Below, in pieces: positions 1-10,042 of a stretch of 64,000 bases of DNA. Positions within the stretch are counted from its first letter, which is position 1, and each line of letters starts with the position of its first letter. Origin of the DNA: Rhizophagus irregularis (taxonomy: Eukaryota); the NCBI RefSeq assembly GCF_026210795.1, contig NC_089435.1, forward strand, positions 3,906,001 through 3,970,000, written 5' to 3'. The position numbers were made by a program, and so were the translations under genes. The notes below the pieces were generated by a model. The model was not told the origin of the DNA, made no database searches, and was given only the letters and a program-made list of their open reading frames with translations.

Positions 1-135
1 TCGTGATCTTTACTTTTTTCTCAGATTTTTACATAATAAAGGTATCAAAATAGTCTTTTATAAAATTTATTATTATAAAATTTGTATCTAATTATATATT
101 TTACAATATATTACAGTAAAATGTTGAGTGAAGAT

Positions 136-1302
136 TTAAAATGGCGTATTATCTATTGTTATGAAGAAGGTTATAATAAATAATATAATATGGTAATTAT
201 TTTGATAAATACTTACAATATCTTGAGCCCACATCGAAAATGATATATTTGATAAAAATAAATGACGACCATCTTTTACAAAACAATGTTTGTGATTATA
301 ATGGTTACAAACATATTTATCTTTTAATTGCATCATAATTTCACCGATTATTTTCTCCTTTTCATCAAGTTTACTTTCTTTCAGAACTCTATTCATTGCT
401 GTACCTTTTTTTTTAGTTTTAACTGATTTAGATTTTGGTGCTTCTTCTTCTGTTTCTTCGCTTGTCACTTCTAATTCCAAATTATCATCCTATTTATTAT
501 AACATAATAAGTATTATAAATTAATACAACACATAATCAACTAAGAATTCAGATTGAACCCAAAATTTACTTTATATTCTCGTTTTTTCTTATCTTTTTT
601 CTTATCCTTCATAGTTACAATTATCATCACTTTTTTATTATTAGAGATGTAACGTTTATAATCTTTTAGAAATTCTTCAAAAGTAATTTCATTATCTAAA
701 AGTGTTCCTGCTCCAACTTCTGAACTACCCTTATATGCCAAAAAATATTCATTACTAAAGGTTAATCCTATATGTTCAGAGACAAGTTGTTCAATTTTTG
801 TTGAAAGATCATTATATTTTATATCATCAAAAGACCAGTTGACTAAAATAGATGGTAAAATCTCTTTTCCATTTTTAATTGATATACGAAGCTGTAATTC
901 TGTTACTTGATTCACTTCAGATTTTATGATATCTTTTTCTTTTTTTATTTCCTTTCCAAATTTGTTATTTTCTCAGCTTATTTTACTATTACAAGCTGTA
1001 CAAAGTGAACAATAAAAGGAAGTTGCCAGGTTGACTTCATAACCAAACTTAAGATTACTTTTCTTCATAAATTCTTTTAAAAATGGTTGAGCGTTACTTG
1101 TGTCATAGCACAAACCTCTATAGCCACGTACTTTGGCTGTTCGGTTATTTTTAGTTGGTTTTTCATACTTATTACAATGACAATTTTCAAATGTAAGGTC
1201 TTTTTCACAGTATAAACACTTTTGACAGGTAAAACACGTCCCTATTTGATATTTTCTTGTATATACTTGTATTTCATATACTTCATTTTCATTAAGTGAC
1301 AT
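136..1302 (-). pseudogene. Spliced Cys-rich hypothetical protein gene, probably TE-associated, with a premature TGA; 3' end uncertain
   Basis: ORFs 973-1302 and 541-915 are in the same frame, separated by TGA at 973-975 (likely ex-CGA). GT-AG intron 570..490 joins the 136-480 ORF, and another GTAAGT donor lies at 216. N-terminal CxxCxxCxxC and CxxCxxC clusters; C-terminal C..H...HC....H.FL....FSMWAQDI motif. Confidence 0.55.
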
Positions 1303-1505
1303 TTTAACGTGTCAGCAATATAAAAAATGTGTAGTATTAGACGCAGTAATGAGCGTGAATTTCTATATACAGTATAAACTACAAAATCAGAGAAAAATTG
1401 AAAAAACATGATTGGTTAAAAAAATAATATTACACAAAGATCGAAATTTTTTTTGGTGAAACTATATTGATCAGCTGATCACATTTTATTGAAAACGGCG
1501 ATAAT

Positions 1506-1739
1506 AGGACCCAGAAATATGTATATAGGGGTCAGGTGATGAAAAAATTTTTTACTATGAGCTGTACGCATTTTTTCAGGGCCGGAATTATGATAATGTC
1601 AGTCGGTTACTATAATAGGAAATAAAATTCAGACTGGAATTATCAAAAATTATCTAAAAAAGGAAAGATTTTCATGATTTTTTTTAGTTCAAAATAAGCA
1701 AACTCAAACCTGACCTTTTTATATATATTTCTGGGTCCT
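1506..1739. mobile_element. MITE, 234 bp, ~31 bp TIR, 8-bp TSD
   Basis: AGGACCCAGAAATATGTATATAGGGGTCAGG at 1506 is the inverse of CCTGACCTTTTTATATATATTTCTGGGTCCT ending at 1739. Perfect TSD GCGATAAT at 1498-1505 and 1740-1747. Confidence 0.9.
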
Positions 1740-2190
1740 GCGATAATTTGGCAACTATAATTTATTTAGAATAAATTTATTCAACATATTGAAAATTTAC
1801 AATGTTACCTAAAAAGATCATATGAGCAAAAATTTAAAATATCAGAAAATGGTACAACCAAACATGACTCTTGCATTAATCATTGCTTACTTTATACTTT
1901 TGGAACTTGTGATGAATTACACACTAAAGTATGTAATGAATGTCAAGAGTTATTTACTTTTTTTATCAATCTCAAAGAAATTATTGATTCAACTACTCAT
2001 AAGGATGGGGACAGTTCTATCAGTTCAGTTCTAGTTTCACAAAGTGATTTAACCAGTTTTGAACCAGTTCATTCAAAAAAGCGGTTTTGAGCAGTTCAGT
2101 TCTTCAGGTCAGTTTGAATTTTAAATAATTAATGATATGTCATCTGATCATCTGACAAGCCACAATTTTGTTTATTAATATTGCAGTTTA

Positions 2191-2390
2191 TAGCTTTAAA
2201 TAAAAATAGAAATATATCATATGATTCAATATAAATAAATTGCTTTAAAATCTTTATTAATTTTAAGGAGTTAAAGTTATTACCAAAATAGGTATTTAAA
2301 CTTGCTTTTTTACTAATTCTTGAAAAATTCAAAATATCAAATTTTCAAATTGAAAATCATAGGGTGGTTGTACAATTTTGCAATCAGCTG
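2191..2390. mobile_element. MITE family A (Tc1/mariner-type, CAGCTG termini, TA target), left part deleted
   Basis: Right arm ...GAAAATCATAGGGTGGTTGTACAATTTTGCAATCAGCTG-TA is near-identical to the copies at 8532, 9914 and 22523. Confidence 0.85.
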
Positions 2391-2914
2391 TAATTGGTTT
2401 CTAGTGTATGCAAAACCTTAATTTTAACCTTTTAAGGTTAGTCTTTTTTGTGCACTTTATAATAATTGAATATTAAATAAACACAAATTTTTTTTTTGGA
2501 GAAAAATGTATGAAGCTAAAATTAAAATGTTTATTGCAGTATTAATAAAATTATTGTAAATGTACTTCAACAATTAAAAGGAAAAAGTTTTTTATAACCT
2601 TTTTCTCACTAAAACCTAAATCATACCTTTCAAGAATACATTCATTAATATAATGTTTTTTTTAAAGCATTATTCAATATAAAAGTTACTAATTATTATT
2701 CAATTAAACTCTTATCCATCCAGCTTTTCACACACAAACATGCTCTTGCTGTCTCTGGTAACAAATGATTTTGGGTTTTAGTAATTGTTGCTCTGATACA
2801 ATGCTAGTATCTTGAATAGGGAGAAAATATTACATAAAACTGGAAATTCGTTATAATGCGTTTGCCATCACATAAGAGGGTCAGTTCCCACATCAACTGG
2901 TAATTGGAGATAAT

Positions 2915-4844
2915 AAACTTTTTTCCGAATACATTTTTTACGAAAATTTCTACGTAATAATTTTATTAAAAATAATCCCCTTTATTAAATTTTATTACAT
3001 AAAAATATAAAAATGTCTATGGATAAGAGCCGAACACCAAACGAAGCAGCTTTAGACTTCATTTCTAAGTTTAACGACATTTATTTTGAAACTTTTACAC
3101 ATAATTTAAGTTCTTTTGTACAGGACGGTTTCCTCAAGGACTTATTTGAAAAAAAACCCCTCAGTACCTAAGGATAAAGCCCAGATACTGATAGAAAGGT
3201 TTGGCGACTCTGCCAACCCTGCGAACTTCACTACACAAGCTCAAGCTACGAATATACAACCCACCACCCTTTCGCTAATATTTTCTATAGCGCTATATGC
3301 TGCGTCCAAGTCTTGGGATAATTTTTCAACCCAATTCTTTTGCAATTTTGGCGATATGGGTGATGATGATAATGACGATGATGATGGATCTCAGAATACT
3401 GATGATTATCTGATGGATGAGTCATCTTTGCTAACGCTTGATGAAGATGATCTTATACGCAAAGGATTACAAAAACCACCAAATCCAGTACCAATCAAGC
3501 TTCTATCAATGCCTGATGTAGTAATGACCCCTGTTGATCAAACTGTAATACCCGAAAACTCCCGGAAGAAAGATAAACAAAAGGCGCGTGTTACAGATGA
3601 TAAACAAATTACGAACCAATCAACGAAGGCAAAACCTGATGTGAAAACATCAGCCAATAATTCCCATAAGGAAAAGAAATCATCTGAACCGGAGGCTACA
3701 CAGATACTGACAGGATATAAAGCTATCGGAGAGGAGCAAGAGCGAATCCGAGACATAATAGTTTACGATATCCCGTATACCTGGAACCTGCAGAAAATAA
3801 TAGCAGAGTTAAAATTTTGGGGGAACGCTATTAAATGTTCCGTTAAACGGCAACATAAGTATCAGACTCTTTGAGTCAAAATAGCACTTTCCTCATTTGC
3901 CCTTCCCCAGTTTAATAAATATTGGACGACAGACCTGGGAGGTATACCTGTTAGATGGTTCCCTGCAAGTTGGACTTTACGAGAAAGAAAATAACGTGAA
4001 AAGTTCCAAGCCGTTATTCATGACATTCCAGAGGATATGACAATGGCTACCTTGTGGATGGACCGTAAACCATGTGAATTTTTAATGAAGTGTGGTGCTA
4101 GCTCATTTAAAATCATACAAACAAGCAAAGGAAGGAGGAAACTTGTGGCCTATTTCGAGAATTGGAAGACCACACTAAGGGCCTTAGATACGCCACAGTT
4201 TTTCGTACCTGATGGTAAGGAGTTGAAATGGTGTCAACACTCCATTCCTACCTTGAAGAAAGCACAAAATAAACCAAAGGCTAAAAATACACCGAATCCG
4301 AAAAAATCAGGTAAGTCTGATAAAAATTTGGACAGTAATCAGCCTAAGAAGAAGGATAAACCTACATCCTCTAAGAAAGTCCCAAAAAATAATAACCAGG
4401 AGGAGAAACACCCGAAGAATCAGAAGAAGGCAAAGAATACCTCGAAGAAAAAGGGTGGTAATAAAGATAACAAGGCAGTTTTAGCAGAAATTTTAACTTT
4501 ATTACAGAAACTAGTTTAGCCTATGCTTTTATTAGCGGTTTTACGAATTTCAGAATTGTATTATTTTTTAGGATAGAATATAGTTATGTGTTGTACCACA
4601 ATTTCTTGGAAAGAGGACTTGTCCTCTCCACTTTTTTGTTTCCCCTCCTTTTTTTACCCAGTGTGTTTGCCTGGACCTTTATCAGACGTGGTAGTGGTGC
4701 AGGTCTTTTTTTTTCAAGTAGTTAGGGTTGGCTTCCGGCTCCTCTGGAAATCGATGGTAGGATCTATTTGGGTTGTATTACTTCGGAATCATGCCCATTG
4801 TTATATCCCCTGCCTGCTTCACATAAAATAAATAAATAAATAAA
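2915..4844 (+). mobile_element. Non-autonomous ORF1-only non-LTR retroposon, copy 1 (full length, 1930 bp)
   Basis: Perfect 17-bp TSD TGGTAATTGGAGATAAT at 2898-2914 and 4845-4861; (AAAT)n tail ~4825-4844; ~98-bp conserved 5' leader; single long degraded ORF; no RT motifs. Confidence 0.9.
3013..4519 (+). pseudogene. ORF1-like RNA-binding protein (~500 aa): helical N-terminus, acidic linker, two RRM-like folds, Lys-rich tail
   Basis: ATG at 3013 (MSMDKSRTPNEAALDFISKFNDIYFETFTHNLSSFVQDGFLKDLFEK). A frameshift in the A-run at ~3149-3156 leads into ORF 3116-3874; in-frame TGA at 3872 and TAA at ~3992 precede ORF 4037-4519. IIVYDIP and AVIHDIP resemble RNP2; KGRRKLVAYFENW..TLRAL resembles RNP1 plus helix. 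Confidence 0.7.
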
Positions 4845-5250
4845 TGGTAATTGGAGATAATGATCCAGTTCTTCCAATTCTATTGTTGAAGTAATTCAGT
4901 CTACTTCATTTTAGTAAAAAATACTGGTGTTTGCTATTAGAAGCATATTGTGCATTGTATTTATAGGTATGAATTGCTCTTTGTAAATCTTGTATATATC
5001 TTAGATATGCCTAAGAGCGTTCAACCTTGATTCTTCTAAGAAGACTATAAGTTTATTTCGAGGGTCTACAATTGCAGAAATTATTGAAGATTTGTCTATA
5101 ATCATCCAATATTGTTGAATTTTCCTATATATCGAAGATGCCATATCACGTTGAGTAAAAGTTTCCTTTTTCATATATTTCATTAAATGTGCTTGGATTC
5201 CTGAAAAAGTTAAAATGAGTTTCTCCTACAGTTGGATAGGAAGATGAAGA

Positions 5251-6881
5251 ACTCTTTCCTGAAAAACATTTTTACGAAAATTTTTGCATAATAAATTTTT
5301 TAAAAAATAATCTCCTTTATTAAATTTTATTACAAACAAATAAAATGAATATGGATGAAAGTATAATACAGTTCTAACAAACTTTAGCATTTGTTTCTGA
5401 ATATATTACTATGTTCTATAAGAATGTAACACACCACCTAAGTTCTTTTATACAGGATAGTTTCCTAAAGGACTTATTTGATAAAAATACGTCAAAGTCT
5501 ATGGATAAAGTCCAGCTATTGATAGATAAGTTTGGCGAAGCTGCAAACCCTGCGAACTTCTCCTCACAAACTAAAGCTACGAAAATACAACCTACACCCT
5601 TTCACTAATATTTTCTATAGCACTTTATGTGTCGTCCAGGTCTTGGGATACTTTTGTGACCAAGTATTACTTGACGTTTGGTGATATGGGTGACGTCACA
5701 TACAATGTAAGTGTGACAGATGATGGATTAGATGAGTCATCTGAAGATGAGCCTGATAAAGATGAAGATAATATAATTTTAGGATTACAAATACCAAATC
5801 CAGTAGATGAAATGCCTCCAATACTGCCTGATGTGGAAATGACCCCTGTTGATCAAACTGTGATACCCAAAAATTCCTGGAAGAAAGATAAACAAAAGGC
5901 GCGTGTCACACAAGATAAACAAGTCAAGAACCAATCAACAATGGTGCAAAAACACTAAACAAAAATCCCAAAAAGGATAAGAAATCATCTGAACCCGAGG
6001 CCACTCAGGATACAATGCTGTTGGAGAGGAGCAAGAGTGAATCTGAAACATAATAGTTTACAATATCCCATATACCTGGGACCTACAGAAGATAATAGCA
6101 GAGTTATAACTATGGGCAGTTTACTAAATTTTGGATGACAGACCTGGGAGGTATACCTGTGATATGGTTCCCTGCAAGTTGGACTTTACGAGAAAGAAAA
6201 CAATGTTAAAAGTTCCAAGCCATGGTTGGAGGACCATGTGAATTTCTAGTACAGTGTGGTGCTAGTGCATTTAAAATTATTCAAACAAGTAAAGGAAGGA
6301 GAAAACTGGTGGCATATTTCAAGAATTGGGAGACCCTAAAACTTGAAGAAAGCACACAAGAAACCGAAGACTAAAAATACCCTGGACAAGAAAAAATCTG
6401 GTAAAACAGGTAACATTCCGGTAAGTAATCAGTCTAAGAAAAAGGATAAACAACAATCCTCAACAAAAGCTTCTAAGAATAATAACGAGTTGAAGAACCT
6501 GACCATTCAGAAGAAGACAAAGAAATTCCCAAAGAATGGTGGAGGTGGTAATAAGGACAACAGCAAACTAATGTAGTCATGGTGCCAAAATAGTTTGATT
6601 ATCTTTTAAGCAGAATAATTTTTCTTACTCTATAAGCCTCACGCTTTAGAGAGGTTTATCCCAGTTGATTCTTTTTTTTTTTTTTACCCAGTGCATATGG
6701 GCAAACCTACATGGCGTAGTTTCATCTAGAGGTGCTCCACTCTTTAACGGAGGGTGAGGTTTTGTACAAATTTGTACGGAATGTATAACCTTAGTACCAA
6801 CAATAGTGTCAATGTATTGGTATCTCCTATTGTTCATTTGTCATCAGTTACTTTTCTCTGAAATAAAATAAAATAAATAAA
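5251..6881 (+). mobile_element. ORF1-only retroposon, copy 2 (internally deleted, alternative 3' end)
   Basis: Same 5' leader (ACTCTTTCCTGAAAAACATTTTTACGAAAATTT) and ORF remnants 5411-6576 homologous to copy 1. Tail AAATAAAATAAAATAAATAAA. Degenerate TSD TGGATAGGAAGATGAAGA (5233-5250) / TGGATAGGAAATGCAGA (6882-6898). Confidence 0.88.
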
Positions 6882-7809
6882 TGGATAGGAAATGCAGATA
6901 GGGGTTCAAGAAGTAAGAGTGTATCCTAGTTCAAAGGTAAAGTAAGTAATATTAGAAAATTAAATAAAAATTATTTTATTAATCAATTAACAGCTACTAG
7001 TAAGACTAATGTTAGTTCAAGTACTTTCAACTGTCTTAACATATAAAAGGTTGAGTCCCAACAAGTAACTATATTAATGAGAGGTTTAAGGTATTTTATA
7101 TTCTTTAAATCACATAGAAGATGAAGCTCATCACACAAGCAAGTTGAATTTTTGATACTCTTCATAAGTTTATGCTCTTTTTTAACAAAATCATCAATGA
7201 GTTTTAATCCTTCCTGTACACCCAAATTTAGGATATGCGTGGCATATCAGCAATGAGAAAAAGTTATGGAAGAAATTTCATCTTCTATAGTTAAAGCTAT
7301 CTCTCTCATTATCTGTCATGAGCATGATAATTCTATCAAAAATATTGAACTCCTCCAAGGTGCGCTTTATTTCTTGTGCAATATTTGTTCCGATATGTCT
7401 AATTTTGAAAGGAATGATATCTAGAAGAAAGTTTTGGAATTTCCAATCAAGATCTACATAATGAATCATGATTCCTAAAAATGCCTCCTAATTTATAGTA
7501 TATGTCTACATGTCTGCCATTAATGCGAATTTCCCTGTAATTTTACGAAGTTCACCAATAACTGTGTTTCTTTGAGCTGTAAATGTATCAATTATGAAAT
7601 CTATTTAAATAGAAAGAATTAGATGGATATATACAAGCAAGGGCCTTACCTCACATTGGGGAATAGAAAACATTAACTCTAAATCAAATATCTAATTGGA
7701 TAAAAGATGGAATGCATATGCTTTAACCTCAGATTTCGTCACATATACCATCAAAATCTTCTTGGACGATACCAATGCCACATAGTTCAAGTTAAATAAA
7801 TCTAAATAT

Positions 7810-8510
7810 AATATAATACAAATATTAGCGTAAAGTGGCTAAAAGTAAAACAATTGCAAGAGGAATTAGAAGATCAGGGTATAATGGTAAATGAAAAAGA
7901 AAATTGTGCAGGAATGATCAAAATTTTAGAAGATGAAATGGTAAAAGAAATGCAAACTAAAAAAATTGCTAAGTTTAAAATAAGTGAATTGTAAAAAGAA
8001 TGCCTAATACTGAGTTATTATTATAGACAATAATAAACAAGTACTTACCAGAGGAAATTATAAGTAATATAACTAATCCATTATATAACAGGTAAGTAAA
8101 AATCATAAATTCAGTGCTACTTAAAAGAAAATCTAATATTTGTCAATCAAAATAGCATTGTAAGAGAGTTTTCTTTGCTATGTGGTTAGGCATTAAAATA
8201 TAACCAAAAATATGGTAAAAAGGGTTCAGTAAACTCTATTGGAACAGTTTTTTTTGTAGAAAGTTTTCTGATGTTTGGACAATATTTAGCAATAATTAAA
8301 TTCAAAGAATTAATACACTTTTACAATCATCAACATCTATAAAATAGATGAATGAATGGACATAATATGCGAGACAAACTAGTTGAAATACAAGAAAGTA
8401 GTGAATTAGCATGAGACATTAAAATTCCAGAAGTGTCTTCTATTAACAACTGGATAACAAGATTTGCTGCAAAATCTAAAAAAACCTTATCTGAACAAGC
8501 TATAAACAGA
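7810..8510 (+). pseudogene. Heavily degraded coding remnant, probably TE-derived
   Basis: Stop-riddled but protein-like stretches, e.g. KWLKVKQLQEELEDQG and KIPEVSSINNWITRFAAKSKK. Family not recognised with certainty. Confidence 0.3.
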
Positions 8511-8531
8511 CAACAGTTTTTAAGTAGCTTA

Positions 8532-9246
8532 TAGCTGATTGCAAAATTGTAAGACCACCCTATAATTTTATAATTTGAAAATTTGATATTTTAAATTTTT
8601 TAAAAACCAGTAAAAAATCAAGTTAAAAACCTGTTTATTCAACTCCTTAAATAAAAATAGATATAATTCAATATAAATAAATTACTTTAAAATCTTTATT
8701 AATTTTAAGGAGTTAAAGTTATTACCAAAATAGGGGGTTATTTAAAGTCGTATTTGATCACGTGACTTGCAAAATTTTATTTTTTAAAAATAAAACTTTT
8801 TTGCCAATACATAAAACTTTCAAATTATATATAGTATGTGTATTTTAGCCTGCTGTGTAAGTTTACTTAGTGCGCAACATGGGGTTTTGAACACCGTTTT
8901 TGACTTATTTGAATTTTTTCATTTTCGTCATCCATTTTTGGATATGATCAGCAAAGATTATTCATTCATATGTAAAGTCAAAAACAGTGTTTAAAACCAG
9001 CTTTTTTTCACTAAGTAAACTTGTAAAGCAGGCCAAAATACACTTATTCTATAACTTTCATACTTACATTAATCTTAGTTCATAAAAAAATGGCTTATTC
9101 ATAAAATGTCAAGTTACATGATCGAACATGACTTTAGACGACCCCAAAATAGGTATTTAAACTTTGCTTTTTTACTAATTCTTGAAAAATTCAAAATATC
9201 AAATTTTCAAATTGAAAATCATAGGGTGGTCATACAATTTTGCAAT
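8532..9246. mobile_element. MITE family A, interrupted by MITE family B
   Basis: TA-TAGCTGATTGCAAAATTGTAAGACCACCCTAT at the left; inverse arm ATAGGGTGGTCATACAATTTTGCAAT at the right. The internal sequence resumes exactly after 9145. Confidence 0.88.
8734..9145. mobile_element. MITE family B (GGGG/CCCC termini, 7-9 bp TSD, Mutator-like?)
   Basis: TIR GGGGTTATTTAAAGTCGTATTTGATCACGTGAC / ...GATCGAACATGACTTTAGACGACCCC; TSD (C)AAAATAG(G). The empty site is visible in other family A copies. Near-identical inverted copy at 25887-26297. Confidence 0.88.
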
Positions 9247-10042
9247 TAAAGCAAAAAATTATTGTCTTTGATCATTTTGCATAGTCAATAAAATACCTGG
9301 AATCTCACAGTCTGTAAAGGCAAAGTCAAATTTTTTGTTTAAATATGTTTGAATAAATTTACGATATAAAAATTGAGGTTTTTTTTTTGTATTACATATT
9401 TGAAGTTGTATTTATAATGTGATAAACTTTTGCAATTCATAACATTTTATTATATGATCGGCATAAAATTCACCAAATTTGTCTAAGGTTTACTGGCAGA
9501 TCAGGAGGAAATATATTAGAGAAACATATTAGGAGGAGAAGAAAAAAAATTTTAAAAGATAAGAGTAAGTAATTATCAATTTTAAACTGGCCAGTATTTA
9601 ATAAAAATACATTTATACTATTTATATTAGAATTACATTGCATGACTACAAGTTAAACTTTTTGTTACTTTAAATAATTTATTTTATTTCTGAGAGAAGT
9701 AACCAATGACAAGAAAACCTAATAGGAGTAAACAACTATATGTAGTGAATAACTTATCTATTACAAAACCTCACCCTCTGATAAAGAGTGGAGTTATACC
9801 TAAATGAAACTTTGCCACAAAGGATAACCCATATGCATTGGGTAAAAAAAAGTAATTAACTGGAGACCTAGAGTAGAAATAAAAAAGTAAAAAAAATTTC
9901 TGCATTAAGATTACAGCTGATTGCAAAATTGTAAGACCACTCTATGATTTTTAATTTGAAAATTTATTTTGGTAATAACTTTAATTCTTTAAAATTAATA
10001 AAAATTTTAAAGTAATTTATTTATATTGAATCATATAATATA

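Larger units (their letters stand above)
2690..7600 (-). pseudogene. hAT transposase remnant, interrupted by two retroposon insertions
   Basis: Fragments carry hAT motifs: LLDIIPF..HIG.NIA..MTDN (7278-7469), HILNL and IVTCWDSTFYML (6983-7240), SSSYPTVGE (~5222-5250), ISAIVDPRNK (5001-5183) and DPLMWWQTHYNEFPVL of the hATC domain (~2835-2885). Many stops and frameshifts. Confidence 0.8.

Noticed and set aside
973..975. Stop-codon readthrough, selenocysteine or an alternative genetic code for in-frame TGA codons
   Set aside because: The host genes use the standard code, and the in-frame stops occur only in repeats, where C>T decay explains them.
3538..3756. Antisense and shadow ORFs (also 11525-11791, 11873-12061, 17504-17776, 25123-25404, 53364-53622, 61742-62058)
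   Set aside because: They overlap better-supported genes on the opposite strand or frame and carry no motifs.
2915..4844. LTR, Helitron or DNA-transposon interpretation of the repeated ORF family
   Set aside because: No LTRs, TIRs or CTAG-hairpin end; the long TSD plus (AAAT)n tail point to TPRT.
6715..6850. Possible hammerhead ribozyme (minus-strand CTGATGA...GAAA) in the retroposon tail
   Set aside because: The core motifs are ~120 nt apart with no evident stems, and CTGATGA is not conserved in copy 3.
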